61,313 nucleotides of DNA from a virus (taxonomy: Duplodnaviria; Caudoviricetes), in the IMG/VR virus record IMGVR_UViG_3300046695_000002, positions 1 to 61,313 of that record; one strand, written 5' to 3'. A model generated the notes under the pieces. The model was not told where the DNA came from. It saw only the letters and a list, made by a program, of their open reading frames with translations, and did not search any database. The translations under genes were made by a program, and so were the position numbers. Below are positions 30,619 to 39,186 of the stretch, in pieces. Each line of letters opens with the position of its first letter. Positions within the stretch are counted from its first letter, which is position 1.

Positions 30619-33600
30619 ATGTGGCCGTTTGATAGTCAAGAACAAGATCAACAGACAGCAGATTTTAATCTAGCTTCTCAAGAATTAATCAATCAAGCGC
30701 CTGATCCTGAAACAGGACTGGCTGCTATGCGGGACATGTATTCGGGTTTTCAGTTCGGCGATCCAACTGCGGCAAATAGTTTATTAGAATCTCGTAGCTC
30801 TGAATTACGCCAAAAGTTTGATGTACGTACGCCTTTTAATTTTGAACAAGCTATTGAAGTAGCGCCGGTTCAGCTAGGTACTATTGCTGGAGAAGGAGTT
30901 GATGAAGATTCTAAGAAAATAGATCAAATAAACAAATGGGAAGAATCTAATAAACAAGCCATAACTGATATTCAAGATCCGACTTATATACAAAATCGGT
31001 CTACCTATACACGCGATATCTCTAAAGCTGCTGTAGCAATGCGTCGTGAAATTTATGGACAAGATAATTATCTAGCTACTGACTTAGCTTTGAAATTCGG
31101 TCAAGGCGTTATTGGCGGACCAGCTGAATTAGTTGGAGCTACAGGAGTTACAGACTTCTTTACAGAACAGAGTAGTCCTGACTTTCAAGAAGCACATCCT
31201 TACTTAGGTGCCACAGCTCCGTATGTCGAATCTATTGCAGGCGGACTAGGTACTGTTGGGTCTGCTTTAGCCGTAGGTGCTGCGACTGGTGGAGCTGGAG
31301 CATTAGGTTACTTCGGTGTTTCGGGAGCTGGAGCAGTAAGAAGCTCTTACGAAAGCGCTAGAGAATCAGGAGCTACACAACAGGAAGCTGCTACAGCAGC
31401 TGGCATAGAAGCTATAGGCCAAGGTGTTCAGATGGCAGCCGGAGGTAAAGTATTCGGTGAAGCTGCTGAAAGACTAGTTGGTAGAACTATTAGTACACTG
31501 GGAGAGAAAGTATTTCCAAGAGTCATTGGCGATACAGCTCTGCAAATAGGAGCTGCTGAAACAGCTAACGTACTAGGCAATGTTTCTGAAAGTATTGGAC
31601 AAGATACTCCCTTAGATCCGTTTAAAGGATCAGGCCCGGCTATAGCTAGCGCTGGTATCCTGACTGCTGGGGTGTCAGGGATTTCTCATGGAATAGCCGA
31701 GAGAGCTGGAGCCAGAAAAGAAGCTTCTATCGCTGCTGATGCAGAGAGATGGGCAAAAGGAGAGTTCACTCAAGCAGACGTAAATAAAGGGACTGTTAGT
31801 CAAGAAACTTTCGATAGTTCTCATGCTAGACATACAGCAAAGCAAGCTGACCGAGCTCTCCAGAACGCTGTAGAAGCTGTTGATGGCGCTAAGCCTGCAC
31901 CTAAAGAAGCAGTCAGGGAACCGGTCAGATCTTTCGTACCTGACGAAGCTCCCACTCCAGTAGCAGAGTTTAAAAATGGAGATAGGTTAGTCAGAGTAAA
32001 TGGCAGAGTACACTTAGAACAGCAAGGAAAAGTACTAGAGCCTTTCGATAGTATGTATGCTGTTACGCCGGAGATAGCTCAAAAGTTAAAGGATTTAGAA
32101 GCTTCACATGCACCGGATGGAACAGCTATTCATTTAGTCACTAATGATGGGAAACTGTATGCCGAATCCGATTTTCTTAAACCAGACCTATCTATCTCTA
32201 AGGATAAAACAGGAACAAGAAGAGTAGAGATACCCACTACTGAACCAACAGGAACTACTCATGTAGTAGGTGTAAATGAAGTACATCAAACAAACGGAGC
32301 CAGACGAACTAAGTTCACTGTTACTGACGGTCCCATAGCCTCTACAGCTGGTGCTGCCAGTATTGCCATGACTACTGTGAACAGATGGGGCAGAAGGTTT
32401 AATGAGTTTGGCCAGACTGAAAGTGAATATGCCAGAAAACTAAGAGAACGTTTAGGTCCTGAATTAGCGGATGCTAGAGGCGTATCTGTTCTTTCCTATG
32501 AAGAAGGACCTAACGGAGAACGGATACAAGTTGAGCATCCAACACTGACTTATGATCCTAAAACGAAAGCTGAGATCTTAGATCCCGCCGAACAATTAAT
32601 AGCTGAAAAAGGTATAGTAGGCGCGTTAGATCATTTTAATAATCTAACTCGTGTAAATGATACAGACGCGGCAACTATTACTAAGTTGAGAGTTAAACTA
32701 GAGAAGCTTAATGGAGATGCTGAAGCAGCTGGTAATTATGACGCTGTTGATAAATACACAAAACTTATTTCCGAAGCTTACGCCAAAGAAGCTCAAGTTA
32801 GAGAGATCTGGGGAAGAACTGGAAGAGCTGCCCAACTAGCCGAGTTAGATCCAGAAGCTACAGCTGGATCACAAATTGCAAGAATCAAAGGAACAAAAAG
32901 ACAAGAAGCTGCTCAGCAGTTAGCTAAAGAGTTTGGCAGGGATAAAGTCTCACTCCCTGACTTACAGAAAGAAGCTGACACTATAACTCAAGAAAGGGAA
33001 GCTGCCACTAAGGAACTAGAGACAGCAACAAAAGAATTAAATAAACCTATAGAAGATAGAATCACTCAACTTGATGAATCTATTAGAGCAGAAAAAGAAA
33101 AGCTTGCTACTAAAGGTAAACCTGAAAGTAAGAAGTTTTTAGACTTACAGGATCAAGCTAGTAAACTTAAACAAGCTCATAGTGAAGGAAAAGCTACTTA
33201 TACTGGAATAAACGATAAGAGAGTGCGTGTTTCAAATGCAACTAATCTTGTAGAGACTATAGGTAAAAAAGAAACCCAAGCCAAAGAAAGACTCACAAAA
33301 GCTAAGTTTGCTTTTGAAAAGAAGATGAAAGAGTTTCCTATTGAAGCTCAACAAAATCTTAGAGAACTGTACTCAGCACTTAAGGATGCCAGTGCTACAG
33401 ATGCTTTGCAGCTTCATGATGGGATCTTTTCCATCGAGTCAAAGCATCTTCCGCCTACTAAAGATAATGTAGATGTTATCTGGAATTACTGGAGAAAGAA
33501 TGTTCTTTCAGGCTTTAATACAGGCTTTAGAAACGTATTCGGTAACATAGGCGCACCGGCTTCTACGGTAGCTGCCTACACTGCTTATGATCTGACTAGG

Positions 33601-35532
33601 CTAGCTACTCTTAGAAAGCCTACTTTTTCTGCTGCACATTATGCTTCTGAATGGTCTAAAGGGTTAGTAGGTAAAGGTGCTAGAGAAGCTTGGGAGATTT
33701 TACAGGGTAATAGATCACGACGTATTCAACAAGAACCAGGGAAAGTAGAGATAGTTACTCCCTTAAAAACAGGCCGGATAGTAAAGGAAGCCTTTACTGA
33801 TCCCTCGCTTATTCATACAGCTAAACTAGCTGTAACACCTGTTACGTTACTTACAGACTTTACAGAAGTAATGATGAGACAGTTAGGCGCTGTTGATGCC
33901 ATGTTTGGGGCCGGCGCAGAAAGAGGCCAAGCAGCCGTAGCAGCTCAGATGCTGATGGAACAAGGGAAACTCCCTAACGTAAATAATATTCAGGAAGCTA
34001 TCTACGGTACCGATACTTTTAGATCCCAACTTAAGAACAAAATTGATACAAGGGTAAATGCTTTAAAAAGTATTGGAGTTGAAATTTCTCCTAACCAAAA
34101 AAAGTTAATGTTCTATGAAGGCATGGAGAAGAACAGAGATAGTGTTGTAAGAGATTTAGAACTTCGCCATGGAGAAACTAATACTTTTAATAATGAATCT
34201 AATAATACTGTTCTCGGCTTAACTGCCAAAGGTATGAACTATCTTACTTCTAACATCAAAGTTCCAATTGGTAAGGGAAGATATGTTAAACCCCTTAAGG
34301 AAGTTGTTCCATTTTTAACCGTAGCTGGAAACATAGGTGATTTCTGGATAGCGCATACACCTTTAGCTATAGACCGGCTATTAGATCTACAAGTTAAAAG
34401 AACAGGAATTAAGGGAGAGAATTTAAAATTAGCTGAGAACGCTCAAGCAAAAGCTGAAATGCTGAGAGAAGCCGGTAAGAGTGAAGACTATATTAAAAAG
34501 GCCACTGAGTTTACACCTAAGACTGATATCTATGAACTAGAGATGCGTGAGCATATCGGGCGGATGATGGCAGGTACGGCTGCTATCGGACTCTTGTATG
34601 GTGTTCTTTCTAGTCAGGATGAGAAAAACCCCTACGTTAAATTTCATGGCAGGTTCGATCCTAAAGACAGAGCTACCATGCAAGCTCAAGGGATATCGGA
34701 ATTTTCTCTTCAGGTAGGGGGTAGTATATTTTCTAAGGAATTCTTAGGTCCTCTAGTATTACCTTTTGCGCTAGCTGACAATGTACATAAAGCTATAAAA
34801 AGAGGTGATAATAAATTACTCTTAGCCTCTAATACAGTCATGATGGCTTTAGGCTCAGTAGGAACGCTTTCCTTTCTGGACTCTGTGAATAACTTCTATG
34901 CGGCTTTTCAACCGTCTACTCCAGTCACTTCTGAGTCGGCTCCTACAGCTTTAGAAAGAGCTTCAAATACTGCTAAGACTATTGCTGCTAACTATGCTCA
35001 GCCGTTTATTCCTGGCTCTGGATTATTAAGGAATATCTACCAATGGTATGATGGCCATCCTCAAGAAACCTACAATAACTTAGCTGCTAAGCTTGCTAAT
35101 AAGATCCCTGTAGCCAGGGAATACGTCGGAGCACCGGTAGCTTTAAACAGATTCGGAGAAGAAGTTCAGCCTACTTTTTGGACCAGAAATCCGATGGGTA
35201 CAATCTTTAGCCGGACTACTGAAGATCCTGTGTCTTCTTGGTTAGAAAAATCAGGACATACTCTTAGCAATCAAGGCCCAACAGTAAAGATGAACAGCAA
35301 AGAAACGGCTGCTTTTGGAGATGTTAGGGAAGCTGAAGGTAAGTACAAGGATCTTCTGAATGAGAAAGAGTCTTATAACGTACTAAAAATTTCTGGTCCT
35401 CAGATTAAGAGCTTTCTCCAAAGCATTATGTATGAGCCGGCCTTTGCTGTCCGAACTGATAAGAGTCAGAAAATCATTAGTGATTCTGTTAGTAAGATCA
35501 GAGCCGCGGCTAAGATGCAAGTACTCAGGTAG
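30619..35532 (+). CDS. large internal virion/ejection protein
   Basis: 1637 aa, last gene of the morphogenesis operon, with Gly/Ala TM-like segments and coiled coils. Confidence 0.65.
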   Translation: MWPFDSQEQDQQTADFNLASQELINQAPDPETGLAAMRDMYSGFQFGDPTAANSLLESRSSELRQKFDVRTPFNFEQAIEVAPVQLGTIAGEGVDEDSKKIDQINKWEESNKQAITDIQDPTYIQNRSTYTRDISKAAVAMRREIYGQDNYLATDLALKFGQGVIGGPAELVGATGVTDFFTEQSSPDFQEAHPYLGATAPYVESIAGGLGTVGSALAVGAATGGAGALGYFGVSGAGAVRSSYESARESGATQQEAATAAGIEAIGQGVQMAAGGKVFGEAAERLVGRTISTLGEKVFPRVIGDTALQIGAAETANVLGNVSESIGQDTPLDPFKGSGPAIASAGILTAGVSGISHGIAERAGARKEASIAADAERWAKGEFTQADVNKGTVSQETFDSSHARHTAKQADRALQNAVEAVDGAKPAPKEAVREPVRSFVPDEAPTPVAEFKNGDRLVRVNGRVHLEQQGKVLEPFDSMYAVTPEIAQKLKDLEASHAPDGTAIHLVTNDGKLYAESDFLKPDLSISKDKTGTRRVEIPTTEPTGTTHVVGVNEVHQTNGARRTKFTVTDGPIASTAGAASIAMTTVNRWGRRFNEFGQTESEYARKLRERLGPELADARGVSVLSYEEGPNGERIQVEHPTLTYDPKTKAEILDPAEQLIAEKGIVGALDHFNNLTRVNDTDAATITKLRVKLEKLNGDAEAAGNYDAVDKYTKLISEAYAKEAQVREIWGRTGRAAQLAELDPEATAGSQIARIKGTKRQEAAQQLAKEFGRDKVSLPDLQKEADTITQEREAATKELETATKELNKPIEDRITQLDESIRAEKEKLATKGKPESKKFLDLQDQASKLKQAHSEGKATYTGINDKRVRVSNATNLVETIGKKETQAKERLTKAKFAFEKKMKEFPIEAQQNLRELYSALKDASATDALQLHDGIFSIESKHLPPTKDNVDVIWNYWRKNVLSGFNTGFRNVFGNIGAPASTVAAYTAYDLTRLATLRKPTFSAAHYASEWSKGLVGKGAREAWEILQGNRSRRIQQEPGKVEIVTPLKTGRIVKEAFTDPSLIHTAKLAVTPVTLLTDFTEVMMRQLGAVDAMFGAGAERGQAAVAAQMLMEQGKLPNVNNIQEAIYGTDTFRSQLKNKIDTRVNALKSIGVEISPNQKKLMFYEGMEKNRDSVVRDLELRHGETNTFNNESNNTVLGLTAKGMNYLTSNIKVPIGKGRYVKPLKEVVPFLTVAGNIGDFWIAHTPLAIDRLLDLQVKRTGIKGENLKLAENAQAKAEMLREAGKSEDYIKKATEFTPKTDIYELEMREHIGRMMAGTAAIGLLYGVLSSQDEKNPYVKFHGRFDPKDRATMQAQGISEFSLQVGGSIFSKEFLGPLVLPFALADNVHKAIKRGDNKLLLASNTVMMALGSVGTLSFLDSVNNFYAAFQPSTPVTSESAPTALERASNTAKTIAANYAQPFIPGSGLLRNIYQWYDGHPQETYNNLAAKLANKIPVAREYVGAPVALNRFGEEVQPTFWTRNPMGTIFSRTTEDPVSSWLEKSGHTLSNQGPTVKMNSKETAAFGDVREAEGKYKDLLNEKESYNVLKISGPQIKSFLQSIMYEPAFAVRTDKSQKIISDSVSKIRAAAKMQVLR

Positions 35533-35625
35533 CTACTGATTCTTCTTTTCCTTATCGCCTTTTAGCTTACCTTTAGGCTTCTTTTTTATAACTACGATTG
35601 GTTTTTTAATCTTTGGGCTTTTCAT
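35533..35625 (-). CDS. 30-aa Lys-rich microprotein
   Basis: Own translation: MKSPKIKKPIVVIKKKPKGKLKGDKEKKNQ; RBS AAGGA. Confidence 0.45.
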   Translation of the reverse strand: MKSPKIKKPIVVIKKKPKGKLKGDKEKKNQ

Positions 35626-35785
35626 CTGAATTCCTTTTAGCAGCTTCTATTACGTCTTTAACGCCTAGTAAAAATACGTCGCCACCTTCTTTAATACAAG
35701 CTAGCAAGTAGCCGGCGGCATATTCAGGATCTTTAAGCCGCTCCAAAAGATCTTCTTTATACTCCAATTCTTGAGTCTGGCTCAC
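35606..35785 (-). CDS. truncated HI1420-family (addiction module antidote) antitoxin-like protein lacking the HTH
   Basis: Own translation (GTG start, RBS AAGGTG): MSQTQELEYKEDLLERLKDPEYAAGYLLACIKEGGDVFLLGVKDVIEAAKRNSDEKPKD. Confidence 0.7.
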   Translation of the reverse strand: MSQTQELEYKEDLLERLKDPEYAAGYLLACIKEGGDVFLLGVKDVIEAAKRNSDEKPKD

Positions 35786-35800
35786 GGTGGTACACCTTAA

Positions 35801-36124
35801 CTATCTTAACATATTTAGGATTCTTGTTTTCTCTTTAGGCAAGAGAGGAGCCTCTTTGATTACCTCTTTAAAGCTCGGAGCTTCCTCTCCAAAGGCTTCC
35901 ATTAGCTTATGGTAGCAAAGAGTCCAGGCCGATACTCCCAATAGTCTACTGATGTCGTAAACGCTTTTAACAGGTACGTAGCCTCTACTGGTACAATTAT
36001 GAATGTATTGCCGGTCCCGATCTAGGCTATTGGCTACAGCTGAAGATCCTCCGGCGTCTTTTAGTATGGAAACGCTTAGGGCTTTAGAGGCTTTAATGAT
36101 ATCAGAAGGGACTTTGAATGCCAT
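35801..36124 (-). CDS. Cro/YdaS-like helix-turn-helix regulator
   Basis: GGSSAVANSLDRDRQYIHNCTSRGYVP...ISRLLGV matches the Cro-like HTH pattern. Confidence 0.6.
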   Translation of the reverse strand: MAFKVPSDIIKASKALSVSILKDAGGSSAVANSLDRDRQYIHNCTSRGYVPVKSVYDISRLLGVSAWTLCYHKLMEAFGEEAPSFKEVIKEAPLLPKEKTRILNMLR

Positions 36125-36265
36125 TTATTGAACACAAATATAAGTCCAGCTACAGTTATTATCAGCGTCGCACACGCATACTGGATTTAAAGATGTACAA
36201 CCAATAGGTGGTATCGGAGGTATCGGCGGAATTCCACACATAATAGCAAAGAGAAAAGTTATCAT
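36125..36265 (-). CDS. 46-aa six-cysteine peptide
   Basis: Own translation: MITFLFAIMCGIPPIPPIPPIGCTSLNPVCVCDADNNCSWTYICVQ; RBS AGGA; exactly fills the gap before the 36124 start. Confidence 0.7.
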   Translation of the reverse strand: MITFLFAIMCGIPPIPPIPPIGCTSLNPVCVCDADNNCSWTYICVQ

Positions 36266-36276
36266 AATATTCCTAT

Positions 36277-37353
36277 TTAGTTTCTAAAAGTACCTTGTCT
36301 GAATGCAAAATGAAGTGGCCCTATAATAACTTTCCCAGCTCTTATCCAAGTAAATTCAGAGCCGGATATATGTTTAGCTTTGTTTGCTATTTCATATCCG
36401 TAGAGTCCTATCCCACCAGGTAAACCGGAGTAGTATCTAGTCAGTCCATTTAAATCGCCACCATGGCCATAACGGGCAAGTTTTCCTATTACTTGTTTTG
36501 TATGGGTAAGGATCTCAAGAGCATTAACATTCGGCTTTACTGCTACCATTGGCCTATTTTCGCGTGGATCATCAGGCATATCCTCGCTCAATTCTTGGTC
36601 GTCTTCAGCTAAACATTTAAGAAACCAAGGCGCTTCAAGAGGGATAGCCTTGAAGCTAGGGTTAGGAGCTTCTCCTTTAGGTTCGGCTAGTCTTAAAATA
36701 GATCTGATATAGCCTGTAGAAGGAGCGGCTTTTCGGTTCTTAATAGGCGGAGGTTTTTGTCCTGGATCAGATATCTCTCGTAAGTTAAACCTAGCGCCCC
36801 ATAAGAAACAGGGATGTGCGTTATTACCGTAAGTACGTACCCATTGAGCTGCATTGATGTCGTAGATATTCGTGCCATCAGTTGAGGCTAGATCGCATTT
36901 ACCAGGATTAGCCCCGTGGTATTCGTGTAAGTAGCCAGGCACATCTTGTCCATTACCTTTCCAAGGATTATTAACTGGAATAGCACCGGGTAATATTCTT
37001 TTTACTGTTTCTAGCCGGCGTCTGATTTCTTCTTGAATCTTCTCCGCATGTTCGCAGGAAGGTGAAATGTAGAGAGTAAAGTCTTCTCCAGTATACCTAT
37101 TGATAGTAGCTTTAATCTCAGCCAAGGAATTTTCAAGTATAGGCATCGGCACGATTGAATGATCGTCACTCCAGTAAACTTGAATGCGGAATGTTTTAAA
37201 GCCCGCATCAAGTAATGCCAGGAAATGTTTGCTCGAATTTCCAAAAGCATTCCAGAAAAATCCTATAGGGTAGTCTTTAGGAGTTTCTCTTAAGATACTT
37301 TTGAATGGAAAATTAGGGTGCGCTAGTCCTAGAAAATCCATGCCTACGGACAT
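36277..37353 (-). CDS. hypothetical protein, possible TIM-barrel hydrolase-like N-terminal domain
   Basis: RBS AAGGA; alternating beta/alpha pattern (FRIQVYW, ISPSCEH, VNNPW, EYHG, STDG). Confidence 0.6.
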   Translation of the reverse strand: MSVGMDFLGLAHPNFPFKSILRETPKDYPIGFFWNAFGNSSKHFLALLDAGFKTFRIQVYWSDDHSIVPMPILENSLAEIKATINRYTGEDFTLYISPSCEHAEKIQEEIRRRLETVKRILPGAIPVNNPWKGNGQDVPGYLHEYHGANPGKCDLASTDGTNIYDINAAQWVRTYGNNAHPCFLWGARFNLREISDPGQKPPPIKNRKAAPSTGYIRSILRLAEPKGEAPNPSFKAIPLEAPWFLKCLAEDDQELSEDMPDDPRENRPMVAVKPNVNALEILTHTKQVIGKLARYGHGGDLNGLTRYYSGLPGGIGLYGYEIANKAKHISGSEFTWIRAGKVIIGPLHFAFRQGTFRN

Positions 37354-37363
37354 AACCGTTCCT

Positions 37364-37888
37364 TTAAAGTAAATCTAAAGGACTGTGAGTGTTGCCTTCT
37401 AAGTCTACTTCTACTTGAGAAGTAGCTTCTGTAGCCGGTTCTTCTTTAGGCTCTACGTAATCAGCGATTACTTTAGTCAAGTCTTCCACAGTCATGTTTA
37501 AGCTAACTAAAGTGCAGGCAAATGTTTCAGCAAATTCTTCCGGGCTAGTACTATTGCGTAGGAAGCTATTACGAAATGCATCTATGAACTGAGCTTTGTT
37601 ACTGTCCGTTAAAGCTTTAAGTATTCTTCCAATTGGGCTCAGCTGTTTAAGAGCATCAAGAAGAACTAGCTTATCAGTAACTAGCTTAAGCTGATCTGTC
37701 AGTTCTTGAACTTTCTCTTCTAAGCCTGTGAACTTATCCAGCACTATATTCTTAGCACTAGTCCGGCTTACTTTCCTTGGAGCTACTGATTGTTTTGCAG
37801 CAGCTTTTTTAATTACGTTACGAACAAGGGCATATTTCTTTTTACGGACGTAATTTCTCTTTCCGCTTTTTGGTATTCCGCGTGGCAC
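37364..37888 (-). CDS. hypothetical protein with very basic N-terminus (DNA-binding candidate)
   Basis: MPRGIPKSGKRNYVRKKK; RBS AGGAG; own promoter. Confidence 0.7.
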   Translation of the reverse strand: MPRGIPKSGKRNYVRKKKYALVRNVIKKAAAKQSVAPRKVSRTSAKNIVLDKFTGLEEKVQELTDQLKLVTDKLVLLDALKQLSPIGRILKALTDSNKAQFIDAFRNSFLRNSTSPEEFAETFACTLVSLNMTVEDLTKVIADYVEPKEEPATEATSQVEVDLEGNTHSPLDLL

Positions 37889-37920
37889 TTTTAACTCCTG
37901 TTAAATGTTAAACTACTTTT

Positions 37921-37950
37921 ATATTAGCTTATTAATACTAGTGAAATCAA
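37921..37950 (-). promoter_or_regulatory. sigma70-like promoter
   Basis: TTGATT-18 nt-TAATAT on the - strand in an AT-rich gap. Confidence 0.45.
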
Positions 37951-37960
37951 ATATAGGTGT

Positions 37961-38407
37961 TTAGTGATTGTCCTTAATAAAGAGAGCTAAGCATAAGGCA
38001 TCTATGATGCCTTCATTTTTCTTTTTATTCTTTGTCAGGAGAATTCCTGGATATCTTCTGCGTATATAGTCCGCTGCTCTTAATTTTGATTCACCTTTAG
38101 GAAAAGATCCTAAGATAGACTGCCATTTGGCGGGAGAAACTAAGATAAAAGGCACTTGAAGATATTCTAGTAAAGATTCCAGAGCACCTACTGCTTTACC
38201 AAATTGAAATACCGAAACCACACCCTGTCCTGGACGAGAGCTGACTTTCTCAAGAGCTGCAACTGAGTCTTCTCTGTACTCAGCTAATATGTTTCCAATT
38301 GGTTTCCAGCTACCTTGAAAACACAGATACTGAACAAGCTCTCCGTCACTCCCTACAATAGCTACCGCTCCGTGTGCCCCAGGGTCCAAACCGATATAGT
38401 ATTTCAC
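37961..38407 (-). CDS. RuvC-like Holliday junction resolvase
   Basis: IGLDPG..GA, ALEKV, F.FG...G, P..W and DALCLA motifs. Confidence 0.85.
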   Translation of the reverse strand: MKYYIGLDPGAHGAVAIVGSDGELVQYLCFQGSWKPIGNILAEYREDSVAALEKVSSRPGQGVVSVFQFGKAVGALESLLEYLQVPFILVSPAKWQSILGSFPKGESKLRAADYIRRRYPGILLTKNKKKNEGIIDALCLALFIKDNH

Positions 38408-39186
38408 TTCAGAGCTTCTTTTATTGTCCAGCCTCTGCGTAATCGGTACTCTAAAGTACTAGGGTTCAAGTTCAACTTTCTTGCCCACTCAGTTACGGAT
38501 AATGTGTCGCCCGCATAAGTTATATGCTTGGGTAGTTTAATCTTCGGCACCTTCGCAGGTGTAGCTAGTATTTTATCGATAGGCCAATGAGCTTGGTAAT
38601 ATCGGTATTCTAATGTTTTGACATTTATACCTATACGTCTAGACCACTCAGCTAGTGTAAGCGTCTCTCCCCCGTATGTTAGTTTATTATTATTTCTTTT
38701 GTTATGGGCCTGTTCGGCGCCGGTGGTCCATCTACAGTTTTCTTTAAAGTAGCCTTTCTCGTTGTCAATGCGATCTATAGATAGTCCAGCAGGCTTTTCT
38801 CCCATATCGTGTAAAAATACATCAAAACTTTTAGACCATTCTTCGCATATATTAATTCCTCGGCCCCCGTAGTTCTGATAACTAGGGCTATTTTTATTTT
38901 CTGTGCGTTGTTTCATTGCAGCCCATGTACTGTACGTAGAAGACGCCGGGATGTTATGTCGTTTAGAATGTCCATGACGTAATCGTATCTCATACCTACG
39001 TTCCTTTAAATAACAGCCGCAAGACGTAGTTAATCCTTTTCTTAAAGCTCTTGAGTAAAAAGAACCTTCACTGCCGCAATCACAAGTACAACACCATTTG
39101 GCGTCAGACTTTACTGATTTGTCAAAAGCAATCACAGTGAGCCTGCCAAAGCGTTGTCCGGTTATATCTATTTTAGTTCTTGGCAT
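38404..39186 (-). CDS. free-standing HNH homing endonuclease
   Basis: DITGQRFGRLTV, CTCDCG, SCGC, YGGRGI..C..W, SIDRIDN.KGY...NCRW; start re-called to MPRTK. Confidence 0.85.
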   Translation of the reverse strand: MPRTKIDITGQRFGRLTVIAFDKSVKSDAKWCCTCDCGSEGSFYSRALRKGLTTSCGCYLKERRYEIRLRHGHSKRHNIPASSTYSTWAAMKQRTENKNSPSYQNYGGRGINICEEWSKSFDVFLHDMGEKPAGLSIDRIDNEKGYFKENCRWTTGAEQAHNKRNNNKLTYGGETLTLAEWSRRIGINVKTLEYRYYQAHWPIDKILATPAKVPKIKLPKHITYAGDTLSVTEWARKLNLNPSTLEYRLRRGWTIKEALK

